Of a stretch of DNA of 64,000 nucleotides, positions 28,952 through 42,500 are shown piece by piece. The notes below the pieces were generated by a model. The model did not search any database. It saw nothing but the letters and a program-made list of their open reading frames with translations, and was not told where the DNA came from. A program made the translations under genes and the position numbers. Source of the DNA: Candidatus Eiseniibacteriota bacterium (lineage in GTDB: Bacteria; Eisenbacteria; RBG-16-71-46); contig JBBRLX010000002.1 of NCBI GenBank assembly GCA_038231135.1, forward strand, positions 186,556 to 250,555, written 5' to 3'. Numbering within the stretch: position 1 is the first letter of the stretch; each line of letters opens with the position of its first letter.

Positions 28952-29920
28952 CTATTCGACCGCCAGCACCACCTTGCCCTGCACCTCGCCCGCTTCGAGC
29001 CGCTCGTGGGCGAGTGCGGCCTGGGCGAGCGGCAGCACCACGCCCACGAATACCTTGAGGACATTCGAGTCGAGCAGCCGGGCGATCTCATCGAGCTGAC
29101 GCAGGTCCATGTGGGTCCCGACCGCGATGGTGCGGGCGCCGAGCGCCGTGGCTTCCACCGCCGACGGCGCACCCAGGGTGCTGGCGAACACGCCGCCCGG
29201 CCGGAGCACCTTCCACGACCTCGCCTGCGTGTCACCGCCCACCAGGTCGAGCACCGCGTCGACGGGCGCGACCACGTCATCGAACCGCTCACGCTGGTAG
29301 TCGATCACCTCGTCCGCGCCCAGTGCGCGCACGAACGCCACGTTCTCGTCGCGGGCAGTCGCGACCACGTGGGCGCCACGCCATTTCGCGAGCTGGACGG
29401 CGAAGCTGCCCACGCCGCCGGCCGCACCCTGGATCAGCACGCGCTGCCCCGCGGTCACGCCGATCGCGGTCGCACCGCCGGCTCCGGCGATGAGCGCCTG
29501 CCACGCGGTGAGCGCTGCAGTCGGCACCGCCGCCGCGTGGGAATGATCCACGGACTGCGGCTTCGCGGTGACCTCCCCGGTGCGCGCGACGACGTACTGG
29601 GCGTACGCGCCGAGGCGCAGGAGATCGATCCGGCCATAGACCTCGGCGCCCGGCGTGAACCGGCTCACTCCCGCACCCAGGGTTTCGATCGTTCCGGAGA
29701 AATCCAGCCCCGGCGTGAGCGGCAGGACGTATGGGATCGTCGCCTGCAGATCTCCCGAGCGAATCTTCCAGTCGATCGGATTCACGCCTGCCGCACGCAC
29801 CCGCACGAGCACCTCGTCCGCCGCGGGAACCGGGCGCGGCGCATCCTCGTACTTCAGAACATCGGGAGATCCATAGACGTGGATGCGGGCGACTTTCATC
29901 GTGGAGGAGACTGGCGTCAT
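28952..29920 (-). CDS. NADP-dependent quinone oxidoreductase (zinc-independent MDR family)
   Basis: AAGVNPIDWK, PGLDFSG, GAAGGVGSFAVQLAK, GKVVL end. Confidence 0.92.
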   Translation of the reverse strand: MTPVSSTMKVARIHVYGSPDVLKYEDAPRPVPAADEVLVRVRAAGVNPIDWKIRSGDLQATIPYVLPLTPGLDFSGTIETLGAGVSRFTPGAEVYGRIDLLRLGAYAQYVVARTGEVTAKPQSVDHSHAAAVPTAALTAWQALIAGAGGATAIGVTAGQRVLIQGAAGGVGSFAVQLAKWRGAHVVATARDENVAFVRALGADEVIDYQRERFDDVVAPVDAVLDLVGGDTQARSWKVLRPGGVFASTLGAPSAVEATALGARTIAVGTHMDLRQLDEIARLLDSNVLKVFVGVVLPLAQAALAHERLEAGEVQGKVVLAVE

Positions 29921-29949
29921 GGCGCACTCCTCGGCCGTGTGGGGTTCCG

Positions 29950-30534
29950 CTACTTCGAATCCGCCGCCTTCTTCTCTACCGTCTTCTTGTTGCCGGCCTT
30001 GGGCGTGTCCATCGACCACGGCGGCGTGATGCCGTTCATGCGCGCGTAGGCGATCGACTGCCCGAGGTGCTCGTGCTGGTGCGTCACCGCGGTCACGTAC
30101 ATGGCGCGCACCGACATGTCGCCGCCGAACGCCTTGATCTGCTTGTCGAGGTCCGCCTCGGGGGTGTTCTCGATCGCCCGCCGGATGTGCTTGAACGAAT
30201 CCTCGAGCGCGTCGATCACCTTCGCCTTGTCGGTGGAGTTCTTCTCCATGTCCGGGCCCATGCCGTCCGGCGGCTTCACCCCGTTGAACGACGGGAACAT
30301 GTAGTTGCCGCCGGCCACGTGCATGTACACCTCGCCGATCGAGCGCACGCCCTTCGCGGGCCGCCACATGAACTTCTTCTCGGGGGTCACCTTGGCGAGG
30401 CTCACCAGCTTGTCCTGCACGTCGGTGATCGACTTCACGAGGTCACCGCGGATGCCGGTCACGTCGTCGGCATTCGCTGCGGACGACACCGCCAGGCCCA
30501 GCACGGCGGCCATCAGCATGCGATTCCATTTCAT
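29950..30534 (-). CDS. Secreted DinB-family protein
   Basis: SD AAAGGAG, signal peptide, WRPAKGVRSIGEVYMHVA, HQHEHLGQSIAYARMNGITPPWS. Confidence 0.9.
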   Translation of the reverse strand: MKWNRMLMAAVLGLAVSSAANADDVTGIRGDLVKSITDVQDKLVSLAKVTPEKKFMWRPAKGVRSIGEVYMHVAGGNYMFPSFNGVKPPDGMGPDMEKNSTDKAKVIDALEDSFKHIRRAIENTPEADLDKQIKAFGGDMSVRAMYVTAVTHQHEHLGQSIAYARMNGITPPWSMDTPKAGNKKTVEKKAADSK

Positions 30535-30660
30535 CGAACGCTCCTTTCGTATTTCCCCTGAGGAATGCGACCGTGCAGCGGACTGAGCGAACCCGGGACT
30601 CCAAGGCTCGGGCAATCGCCCGAGCCGGCACTCTACACTACGCTCGCCCGACACCCGCAG

Positions 30661-30850
30661 CGTCGCGGCTACTGGGCCATGTGGGCCCTGGCCTTGTACT
30701 TCGGGTCGCGGAGCTTCGGGCCCTCAGGGCCGCCCGGGCGCCACTGAGGCACGTCATGGTGCCACGGTGATCGTCACGGCGAACGCTCCGGATGTAGCCC
30801 GCGAGCCGGGGCCGATGTAGCATGGCCACCTTCCCCCGGAGACCGCGACG
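30661..30850 (+). ncRNA. Candidate structured RNA (unassigned family)
   Basis: Six nested complementary segments with G-U wobbles favouring the + strand; intergenic between divergent genes. Confidence 0.3.
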
Positions 30851-30895
30851 GTCCGCCGGTGATTCGCAGCACCACCCCCTAAGGAGGATTGAATC

Positions 30896-31513
30896 ATGTC
30901 TCAGCATGTGCGCACCCGTTGGATTGCGCTGCTTGCGTGTTGTCTCATCGTGGGCGCCGGCTCGGCGTTTGCCGCCGACAAGGATGACGCGATGAAGGGC
31001 ATGAAGATGGACAAGGCGCACGACGAGATGATGGAGCAGATGATGAAGGCCGGCGCGCCGGGCGCCCCGCACGAGATGATGAAGAAGTGCGAGGGCACGT
31101 GGAAGGCGACCGTGAAGACCTGGCAGGGTCCCGGTGATCCGGTGATCTCGGAAGGCTCGGCCGACTTCAAGATGATCCTGGGCGGCCGGTTCCTCGAGCA
31201 GCGCTTCACCGGCAGCATGATGAACCAGCCCTACGAGGGCTATGGCCTGAGCGGCTACGACAACACCAAGAAGGCCTATACGTCGCTGTGGGTGGACAAC
31301 ATGAACACCAGCACGATGATGTCCAGTGGCAGCTACGACGAGGCCAAGAAGACGCTGACGTTCAAGTCCACGATGCCCGGGCCCGACGGCAAGCCGATGT
31401 CCATGCGCATGACGAACGTCATGCCCGACGACAAGACGCAGGTCTTCACGATGTACAGCGTGGACAAGGGCAAGGAAATGAAGATGATGGAGATCACCTA
31501 CACCAGAATGTAG
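30896..31513 (+). CDS. Secreted DUF1579-domain protein
   Basis: SD AAGGAGG, signal peptide, PGAPH..GTW, ILGGRFL, GYDNTKKAYTSLWVDNM, MEITYTR. Confidence 0.88.
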   Translation: MSQHVRTRWIALLACCLIVGAGSAFAADKDDAMKGMKMDKAHDEMMEQMMKAGAPGAPHEMMKKCEGTWKATVKTWQGPGDPVISEGSADFKMILGGRFLEQRFTGSMMNQPYEGYGLSGYDNTKKAYTSLWVDNMNTSTMMSSGSYDEAKKTLTFKSTMPGPDGKPMSMRMTNVMPDDKTQVFTMYSVDKGKEMKMMEITYTRM

Positions 31514-31532
31514 GCGGTCGGTACCAGACGAT

Positions 31533-31570
31533 GCGGGCACCCTCGACGAGGGTGCCCGTTCGTATTGTGA
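31533..31570 (+). terminator. Intrinsic terminator-like hairpin
   Basis: 11-bp stem CGGGCACCCTC/GAGGGTGCCCG followed by TTCGTATTGT, about 20 nt after the DUF1579 stop. Confidence 0.65.
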
Positions 31571-31780
31571 TGAGGGCCGCCGCGTGCCGGGAGTACGAAC
31601 GAACGCCGACCCTACTGAAGCGTACGTCGCACCCCGTCACGCGAACGGCATGCCTGGAAACGCGACCCCTCGTCGTTTCCCGCTTGCGACACGACCCGGC
31701 ATGGCACCGGACCGCGTGCGCACCTCATCGACAACAGTGCTGCCCGCTGGCCATGCGCGCTGCGATGCGCGCCATCTCGC

Positions 31781-32698
31781 CTATGCCGGGCTCGCGATCA
31801 CGCACCGGTGGTGAGCCGGCGCGCCGGTGAGATGCAGCAGGCGAACCAGCGGAGCCGGGCAGTGTCGCAGCACCGACTCGGGAATGCTGCGGCGCTCGTG
31901 AACGGTCTCGTGCTGAACGATTCGAAATCCGTGCCGCCCGAGCAGCCCGTCGATCTGGTCCGCCGTGAGCGCCGGCCGGAACGCGTGGCCGAAACTGCGG
32001 CCGTCGGAACTCGTGAACGTCTCGTGCAGCGGCGACAGTTCCGTACGGCCGCGCTCGTTGGTTCCTGCGGCCGGGGTGCACGAATCGCCGATCACGAGCA
32101 CGCCGCCCGGCCTCAGGTGCTCGCGGACGACGCTCAGGAAATAGCCCGGCGGATCGACGCGCGACAGGCCCTCGCGCAGCCACACCAGGTCGCAGGAGTC
32201 GCTGAACCCATGCGACAGCGCCGCACGGCGGAACGTCACCGGACCGTGGTCGTTGTGCAGCCACGTCATGTGGGCGCTGCGCCAGCGCGCGACGTTCAGA
32301 TGATCGGGGCGGATGTCCATGGCCGACACCTCGGCGCCCAGCCGGCCGAACAGCATGGCGTCCGTCCCGATGCCGCAGCTGGCATCGACGACGCGCAGCG
32401 GTTCCGCGCCGCGGGGCTGCTCCAGCAGCCGGCTCGTGATCCAGCGCATCGCCCAGCCGGTCTCGCCGTTCCACAGATTGGCGGTCATGCGGCGGATCCC
32501 CGCCTCGTCGGTCGGCCGCGGCAGCGTTGCCGTGTGGCGGCGGAACAACTCGCGGCCGGTGTCGGACAGCAGCCGCGGCAGCGTGTACGGCTCGTCGACG
32601 ACGGTCCAGCGGATGAACTCCGAGAACCACTGCAGCGCGAGCGTGTCGGCCGGAACGTCGGGCATCGTTGCCCGGGACGTAATCGTGGAATCGAGCAT
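31781..32698 (-). CDS. Class I SAM-dependent methyltransferase
   Basis: VVDASCGIGTD motif I, AMDIR, HLRPGGVLVI; start uncertain (32740, 32698 or 32665). Confidence 0.75.
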   Translation of the reverse strand: MLDSTITSRATMPDVPADTLALQWFSEFIRWTVVDEPYTLPRLLSDTGRELFRRHTATLPRPTDEAGIRRMTANLWNGETGWAMRWITSRLLEQPRGAEPLRVVDASCGIGTDAMLFGRLGAEVSAMDIRPDHLNVARWRSAHMTWLHNDHGPVTFRRAALSHGFSDSCDLVWLREGLSRVDPPGYFLSVVREHLRPGGVLVIGDSCTPAAGTNERGRTELSPLHETFTSSDGRSFGHAFRPALTADQIDGLLGRHGFRIVQHETVHERRSIPESVLRHCPAPLVRLLHLTGAPAHHRCVIASPA

Positions 32699-32752
32699 CC
32701 GTGGTGCGGGGGCGGGAACACAAAACGATGCATGGCTCATGACCTGGACCAG

Positions 32753-32768
32753 TGCAATCGGCGTGCCC
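32753..32768 (-). promoter_or_regulatory. sigma54 -24/-12 promoter GGGCACG-CCGA-TTGCA
   Basis: Matches TGGCACG-N4-TTGCW except the first base, exact GG-N10-GC spacing; next to an NtrC-type activator gene. Confidence 0.65.
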
Positions 32769-32881
32769 GGTTTCGCCTGGACGGCTTCTCATTGCGGCGG
32801 AAGCGTTTGCGGGATCCGACCCCACGCGCTCGACGCAGCCCGCATGGGGAGGATTGACTCAGGTGGGGCGTATAGGGACGA

Positions 32882-34275
<1,394 letters not shown>

Positions 34276-34279
<4 letters not shown>

Positions 34280-35772
34280 GCGCTCGCCTCTTCCCGATCG
34301 TAGTTCAGCGGCAGCACCACCGTGATGCGCGTGCCGGCATCGATGTCGCTGGTCAGCTCGAACCAGCCGCTGTGCTCCTCGATGATGCCATAGGACACCG
34401 ACAATCCGAGCCCCGTGCCCTGGCCGGCCTCCTTGGTCGTGAAGAATGGGTCGAATACGTGATTGCGAACTTCGGGCGCGATGCCGGTGCCGGTGTCGGC
34501 GAAGCACACGGTGACGCACGACTTCGGCAGCCCGCCGCGCGCGGGGTCGGTGAGCACCTCGGGCGCCAGCGAGATGCGCAGCGTCCCGCCCTGCGGCATG
34601 GCGTCCATGGCGTTGAGCGTGAGGTTCAGGAACACCTGCTGGAGCTGATCGGGATCGGCGACGATCGTCGGCAACTCGTCGGGAAACACGGTCTCCACCC
34701 GCACACTGCGCTTGGCGAGCTGCGCCTCGACCAGGTCCAGCACGTCACGGACGGCCCCGGCCAGGTCGGTCGCGACGCGGCGCGGCGGCTTCTGGCGCGC
34801 GAAGTCCAGCATGTCGCGGACGATGCGCACGATGCGCTCGGTCTGGGCCGTGATGATGCGCAGGTGCTTCTGGGCGATGTCATTGCCGTCGACGGTGCGG
34901 ATCAACGATTCGGCGCGGCCGCTGATCACGTTGAGCGGCGTGCCGATCTCGTGCGCCAGGCCCGCCGCGAGGCGCCCGAGGCCGGCGAGGCGTTCGGCGT
35001 TGCGCAGCCGCGTCTCGATCTGGCGCCGGCGCTCCTGCTCGGTGGCGAGCGACAGCCGCGCGGCCTGCAACCGCTCGCACATGCCGTTGAACTCCCGCGC
35101 CAGCCAGCCGAACTCGTCGTCGCCGTGCACCGGCACGCGGGCCGCGACGCCCTGGGCGCCGATCTCGCGGAAGCTCGTGACCAGCTCCGCGACCGGCCGC
35201 GTGATGCTGACCCGCGTCACGACCATCACGACCGCGATGATCGCGATCGCCATCACGACGATCAGCGACAGGATGAACTTGAGCGTCGACATCGAGTCCT
35301 CGTGGATATAGGACTCGAGCTGCAGCACCTGCACCGCACCCTGCAGCCGGGCGCTGCGATCGACCAGCGGCTCGATGAAACCGACCACCGATTCCTTGCC
35401 GATGAACCGGCGCATCTCGATCAGCTTGCGCTGCGCCAGCACCTGGTGCAGCTCGGTCTGATGCCGGAACGGATACGGCTCGAGCGAGGTGGACTGGTAG
35501 ATGATCTTTCCCGAGGCGTCGAACAATCGGAAGCCGAGCACGTGCTCGTAGCCGGTGGCGCGGTCGATGAGCTGCTTCAAGTCGGTGAACTGGAGATCGC
35601 GCAGGTAGTCCTCGCTGGCGATCTGCACCACCAGCGCGACGGCCCGGCCTTCCTTGCCCAGTTCCTCCCGCAGCAGCTCCTGGCTGCGGCGCTGGTACAA
35701 CACGCCGACCAGCACCGTCAGCGCGACGAGCGGCACGACGAGCGACACCGTGAGCCGGACTCCGATTCTCAA
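34276..35772 (-). CDS. Membrane sensor histidine kinase with HAMP domain
   Basis: Two TM helices, HAMP (DEFGWLAREFN), LAHEIGTPLN, NAMDA, DTGTGI, PFFTTK, GTGLGL; stop overlaps the regulator start. Confidence 0.93.
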
Positions 35773-35961
35773 GGCTCAACCTCCCCTGGTCGCGATTCGA
35801 ACGACGCCCCGTCGTGGGCACGTCACCGTGCATGGAACGCGTGGCGGTTCCGCTCGGGCGCCGGCGCTACGCCCGGCGCCGGCTGGCCCGCGAACCGCCA
35901 TGGTACTCCGGCGCCCCCCGGATTGAATTCGGCCATTCGCACCCGTTCCATTTGTGAAACC

Positions 35962-35991
35962 TTGTCATACCGGCCGCCGCCGCCGTACTGT
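35962..35991 (+). promoter_or_regulatory. sigma70-type promoter TTGTCA-N18-TACTGT giving a probable leaderless EVE transcript
   Basis: -10 ends 7 nt before ATG 35999; no SD. Confidence 0.5.
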
Positions 35992-35998
35992 CCCGCCC

Positions 35999-36406
35999 AT
36001 GGCGATCTTCCTGTTCAAGACCGAGCCCAAGGATTATTCGTTCGAAGATCTGGTCCGCGAGAAAAAAGTGGTTTGGGAAGGGGTGAGCGCCCCCGCGGCG
36101 CTCAAGTACCTGCGCACCGTCAAGACCGGCGACACCGTGGCGATCTACCACACCGGCGACGTGAAGGCCGTGGTGGGGCTGGCGCGGGCGACGTCGGACT
36201 CGTATCCCGACGCCATGCTCAACAACCCCAAGCGCGCCGTGGTCGACATCGAGCCGGTGGGGCCGCTCGCGAAGCCGGTGGCGCTGTCGACGTTCCGCGT
36301 CGATCCGGTGCTGATGACGAGCGAGCTGGTGCGCCTGCCGCGGCTGTCGGTGATGCCGCTCACCGCCGAACACCTCGAGCGCATCGAGCAGCTCGCGAAG
36401 AGCTGA
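35999..36406 (+). CDS. EVE domain protein
   Basis: LFKTEPKDYS, WEGV, GD..IYHTG, RLSVMP. Confidence 0.9.
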   Translation: MAIFLFKTEPKDYSFEDLVREKKVVWEGVSAPAALKYLRTVKTGDTVAIYHTGDVKAVVGLARATSDSYPDAMLNNPKRAVVDIEPVGPLAKPVALSTFRVDPVLMTSELVRLPRLSVMPLTAEHLERIEQLAKS

Positions 36407-36470
36407 GGGTGGCCCGGGCCGGGCGGGCAACTTCCCCCGGGTCGAGTCTCAGGCCTCCTCTGGCACACAC

Positions 36471-36513
36471 AAAAAATGAAACCGGCGGCCACCCCTCTCG
36501 GGAGTGGCCGCCG
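36471..36513 (-). terminator. Intrinsic terminator of the giant surface-protein gene
   Basis: 10-bp stem CGGCGGCCAC/GTGGCCGCCG followed on the minus strand by TTTCATTTTTT. Confidence 0.8.
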
Positions 36514-36539
36514 TTCTACAGACTGCTCGAGCGCTGCGG

Positions 36540-39500
36540 TTAGCGGGTCAGCGCGATGCGCTTCACCGCCACCTTGCCGCCGCCTTCGAAGCGCACGAAG
36601 TACATGCCGGCCGCCACGCGACCGCGATCGCCGCTACCCGACCAGATCGCCTGATACCGGCCCGGGCGCTGGACCAGGTCCACCACCTTCGACACCAGCC
36701 GGCCCTGCAGATCCAGGATGCTCACGCGCACCTTCGCCTCGCGCGGCACCGTGTACTCGATCCGCGCCACGTCGGTGGTCGGATTCGGCGACACCCGCGC
36801 GAGCGCGAACTCGGTGATCAGCTCGCCGGCCTTGCCTTCGACCGGCGTGAACGACACCGTCTGGCCGCCCTTGACCGTCGCCACCAGGCGATAGACGTAG
36901 GACTTGTCGGCTTCGACCGTGCGATCGATGACCGTGGTGATGTTGTTCACCGTGGTCGGCTGAGCGTCGATCTTCTTCCACGGCCCCACCACCGTCGCGG
37001 AGCGCTCGACGGAGGTCGCGGTGACCTCGGTCGCGTCACCGAACTGCCAGCGGAGCTCGATGCCGTCGTTGACGGTCTCGGTCTCGAACAGGTTCAGCAG
37101 CACCGCGGTCGCGGGCTCCAGCTCGCCGCACTGGAAGTCACCGAACCCGGTCACTCCGATTGCCTGCGTGCTGGTCGCGGTCCGCGTCCCCGTGAACGTC
37201 GAGAACCACGTGCCGTTGTAGCGCATCGTCACGAAGTTGCTCGTGTTCGCGCCGCCGTCGACATCCGAAGCGACGAAGTTGAACACCGCGTCGAAGTCCA
37301 GGAATATCGGCGAGGCGACCGAAGGCGTGAGCGTCCAGTAGCGATTCGCCGTCTTGGTGGCGGTCAGACCCGACGTCGCGATGTTCGGCTCGTCCGGCGT
37401 GTGCGTGCTGCCCGTCACGGTGAATGACGTGCCCACACCGTTGAAGGAGGCGCTCACCGGCGTGTAGAACGACGCGTCACCCACGTCGAACGCCCGCGTG
37501 TTGTTGCCGGTCGGGATGGTGCGGAGCACGTTGCCGACGACGTAACCCGTCCCCTGCGATGCACCGATCACCTGGCCGAACATCTGCATGGCGAGCGCAT
37601 TCGTGGCCGTGGTGGTGATGTTGCCGCTCGTGAACTTCACGATGCTGTTGAGGGTCAGGTCGCCGTCCGCCAGCGTCACTCCGTTCGAGTTGTTGACCTC
37701 GACCGTGAGATTCACCGACGAGCTGATCGTGCCCTTGTTGTCGATCGTCTGCGCCGCCGGACCGTTCAGCGAATACACCGGCGATCCCGACGCGGGCAGG
37801 AATCCGAGCGACGTGCCCGGCTGCACCGTGATGTTGCCGCGCAGCGAACCGTTGCCGGTGCCGGCGAGCGTGAACGAACCCGTCGTGACGATGATGTCGT
37901 CGACGCTGAACGCGAGACTGCCGCTCGTCGTCGTCGGTCCCGCCGTGTTCTGCTCGTAGTCCGCATAGGTGCGGCCCGAGAACTGCGGCGTCACCGGACC
38001 GTCGAGACGGAACCGGCTGTGCGTCTGGAACGAGATCACGGTCGCAGGAGCCGTCGCGCCGAACGGGGTCGAACCCGAAGTCTGCGCGAGCAGCGATCCG
38101 GTCTCGAACACCACCGAGTTCACGTTGCTCGTACCGGTGCCGATGCCGAACGGGTTACCCGAGATGCCGGTGCCCACGACGAACTGCGAGGCCGTGAGGA
38201 AGTGCAGCGCCCCGGCGCCCAGTGCCGTCAGCTTGTGCGGCGTGCCCGTGCCCGACAGGTTTACGGTGCCGCCCACCGTGCCCGTGGCCATTGCGGCCAG
38301 CGCGATGTTGATCGAGTTCGTCGACAACGCCGCCGACAGGCTCAGCGTGCTGCCCGACGGAACGCTCAGATCGGTGCCCGCGCCGCCCGACAGCGTCAAC
38401 GTGACCGCCGCGTTGCTCTGCAGATTCGCCGAACTGTTGTTCGACAGCAGCAGCTCACCGATCGTCTCGGTCGGCACGTCCGTCACCACCACCGAGCCGC
38501 CCGCGCTGAACTGCAGCACGTCGTCGGTGTTCGGCGTGTGACGCTCCGGCGTCCAGTTGGTCGACACGCCGTACGACGCCGTGCCGGTCTTGTTCCAGGT
38601 GTAGATGTCCGGCAGGAACGTCGCCGTGATGTTCTTGTCGGCATCCATCAGCACGTTCAGCGGGCTCGCGTGACCGCTCGCATCGCCGCTCCAGCTGTCG
38701 AGATGCCAGCCGGCGGCAGGATTCGCCGTCAGCACCACCGTCGAGCCTGAGTTGTAGCTCGGCTGATCCGGCGCCTTCGCGACCGTGCCATTGCCGATCA
38801 CCGTCACCGTGAGGGTGTAGGTGGTCTGCGAGAACGTCGCGTCGATCGTGTGGTTCATGAGTACGTTGGTGAACGTGTACGACGCGATCGGGCCCTGCGA
38901 CACGCCGTCGACCTTCACATCCAGGATCGTGAAGCCGGCATTCGGCGTGATGGTGTAGCTCTGGCTGCCACCCGAAGGCACGGACGTCGTGCCCGGAGGC
39001 GCGATGGTTCCGCCCGGTCCCGCCGTCGCGACGATGTCGTAGACGTCGAGCACGAACTGCGCATCGATGGTGTGGTTCGTCGTCACGTTGGTGAACGTGT
39101 ACGAGGCCGGAGTCCCGACCGACACGCCGTCCACCTTCACGTCGCCGATGCGATACCCCGCATTGGCGGTGATCGTGAACGACTGGTCCTGACCCTGGAA
39201 CACCGTCACGCTGCCGCTCGGGGCGATCGAACCATTGGGTCCCGCCGTCGCGGTGATCGTGTAGGCGTTCGGCGCGAAGCCGCAGCCGGTGTTGGTGTCG
39301 TCGCCGCTGTGCAGCCACGGCGTGAAGTTGACGTTGCCGCCGATGACCGCGTCACCGGTGCCCGGTCCGTCACCCGACGGGCCCGTCGCCGAACCCCACC
39401 AGTTGTTCGTGGCGTCCTGCGCCACGCCGCTGAGGTTGTCGTAGCCGGCCGACACGTTCGACGTCACCGAGTTGAGGTTCGCCGTCAGCGTCGTCGCGCC

Positions 39501-42500
39501 ACCGTAGGCCGCGAGACCAGCGTCCCAGTTGGCGACTTCGTTGTTGCCCGCCGACACCGCCAGCGGTCCACCCTCGGAGTAGGCAAAGATGCCCACCGAG
39601 CCCGACACGTCGGTGCCGTTCAGGCACGACGACCCGACACTGACCGTGAACGAGCTCAGCGCACGGTTGCCACGATAGGCCGCCGCGCCGGCGATCGCGT
39701 CGAACGGCTGCGCCTTCGGATGCGACGCCATGGTCTTGGCCGGGTGCTGGCTGGCCGCCAACGTGAGCTTGCCGTTGACCGTCACCTTGGCGGGTCCCGG
39801 CGTGGTGCTCGAGTTGTAGATGAAGATCGGACCAAAGTCCGAGCCGCCGACCGGGTGGATCGAGGTCATGCTGCCGTCGGTGTCGTACCACGTCACCGGC
39901 GCCTGCACGTTCGTGATCTCGATGCTGCTGGCCGCCACGCTCGTGCCCGCGTCCGTCAGGATGCCGCTCGCGACGAACGTGGCCGGCGTGTAGCCGATGT
40001 CGGTGATCGTGCTGTTTGAGATGGAACCGCCGGCGCCGAAGCTCACCTGGATGCCGTTCTGCGCGGTGACCGACGTGTAGCCGGCGCCCGTAACGGTCGT
40101 CCCGTGAACGTTGACCGTGAGGCCGGTGCCGTTCAGCACGAACGCATTTTTCTGGAACGTGCTCACCTTGACGTTGCCGACATCCACGCTGTACGGGCCG
40201 CCCGTCGAGTTGTTGGCGTAGACGCCGACGCCGTGCTGCGCGCCGTCGAACGGCGTGTCCTCGACGTTGATGACGCACGCGTCGGTCAGGAAGCCGCCCG
40301 CGTTCCAAAACGCGGCACCGATGAAGCGCGCGTTGGCGTTGCCCTGGCCGTCACCGTCGATCGTCAGATTCTCGATGTGGGCGCCGTTGCCGCCGTCGTG
40401 AACGAACACGACCGGCTTGTTGGTGTTCGGGCCGGGCGTGATGAACGACTTGGTCAGCGTAGCCGGGCTCTTGATGATCGTGACGCCGCAGCCCGAGCCG
40501 TGGATCGTCACGTTCTTGATGACCTCGACCTGCTCCTGATAGACACCCGCCGCCACCGTGATGTGGTGGCCGTCGAGGGTCGCCGGATCGTCGAGCGCGG
40601 CCTGGATGGTGCTGTAGCCGTTGCTGGTCTCGAGGTCGACCACCGGCGAATTGCCGAACTGGGCATCGATCGTGTGATCCGCCTGCACGTTCGTAAACGT
40701 GTACGAGGTGATCGAGCCCTGCGACACACCGTCGACCTTCACGTCCGTGACCGTGTAACCGCCGGCGGGCGTGATGGTGTACGCCTGGCTGCCGCCGAAG
40801 TTCACGGCGGTCGTGCCGGGAGGCGCGATCGAGCCGTTCGGGCCCGCGGTCGCGACGATGTTGTAGGTGTTGATCGCGAACGTCGCCGAGATCGTGTGGT
40901 TCGCGCCGACGTTGTTGAACGTGTAATTCGTAACCGGACCGACCGACACCGCGTCGACCAGCACATCAGCGACGTGGTAGCCGGCGTCCGGGGTGATCGT
41001 GTAGGCCTGGCTGCCGTTGAACGGGACCGTCGTCACGCCCGGAGGCGCGACCGTGCCGTTGGCGCCCGAAGAGGCGGTGATTGTGTAGGTGTCGATCGCG
41101 AACGTCGCGTCGATCGTGTGGTTTGCCGTCACGTTCGTGAACGTGTACGAGCCGATAGCACCCTGCGACACACCATCGACCTTGACGTCGTCGATGTGGT
41201 AGTTCGGGTCGGCCGTGATCGTGTACGCCTGGCTGCCACCGCTATTGACCGTGGTGACGCCGGGAGGCGCGATCGAGCCGTTCGGGCCCGCGGTGGCGGT
41301 GAGCGTGTAGGTCGCGATGAACGTCGCGTCGATCGTGTGCGGCGCAATCACGTTCGTGAACGTAAACGAATTGATCGCGCCCTGCGAAACACCGTCGACC
41401 TTGACGTCGGCGATCACGAAGCCCGCGTTCGGTGTGATCGTGTAGCTCTGATTGCTGCCGTAGTTGACGTTCGTGGTGCCAGGAGGCGCGATGCTGCCGC
41501 CGGCGCCGGCCGTGGCCGTGATCGGGTTGGTGTCGAGCGCGAACGTCGCGTCGATCGTGTGATTCGCCGTGACGTTCGTGAACGAGAACGACGTGATCGG
41601 ACCCTGCGAAACGCCGTCGACTTTAACGTCGACGATGTGGTTGTTGGCGTCCGCGGCGATCGTGTAGGCCTGGCTGCCACCGTCGATGACCGAGGTCGTG
41701 CCCGACGGGGTGATGGTGCCGTTGCCGGTCGTCGTCGCGGCAATTTGCCAGCTGGTGGTGGAAGCCCACGTGTTGCCAACGCGGATAGCATCGACGCTGC
41801 CGGCGGGGCCGGTCGCGGCGCTGCCCTGGCGGATCGCGATGGCGTCTATTGTAGTGGCATCGACCTCGGCAGCCACCGTCGTAGTGGTGACGTTGGGTGC
41901 CGGTTCGGCCCCACCAAGGACCGGATTCACAAATAGCGAGACCTGGTCATTCGTCGCACCAGCGACGAAGGTGTACTTGATGACTACCAAATAGGTCGTA
42001 TTCAGCGCGTAAGAAAATGGTGTGTAGACAAGGCTGCCGGCTCCGGATGACGACTGGACACCGAACGCCACATTTACCGTGGCATCTCTCTTCACGAACA
42101 GTCGTGCCCGGAACAGGTTTGAAGCAACTGCGCCATCAAAGAAGTGGAACATGTAGTCGCCGCCAGTAGTGGCAGCGCTAATATTCACCAACACCGAGGC
42201 ATACACGGACCCGGTGGTCACGCCGGTAAAGGTATGGTTATCGTCCTCACCTGAGGCCGCGAGGCTGACTTTGTTTCCGACGCCCGTGCCCGGATAACCC
42301 GGATAGGTCAGCCCAGGCGTCTGGATCGTCTCAGAATTGGTTCCCGCGCCACTGTGCGCGGCCCAACCACCCTGCGGGACCAACGTTGTCGCCGCTGTGT
42401 AACTGAAGTTCTCCGTAAAGATCTGCGCTGACGCGCTCGCTGCGGCCAGTACGACCATGGCCACCGCAAGCGCGGCTGTCGTGAGCGCGCCTTTGATTCC

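Noticed and set aside
30661..30850. 6S RNA, SRP RNA or cobalamin riboswitch
   Set aside because: The size fits 6S, but I could not find the hallmark conserved motifs of any of these families; left unassigned
31700..31720. sigma54 promoter at TGGCACCGGACCGC
   Set aside because: Fails the GG-N10-GC spacing and lies between convergent genes
38605..41750. CRISPR array or diversity-generating retroelement
   Set aside because: Repeats are in-frame diverged protein domains; no spacers, cas genes or reverse transcriptase in the window
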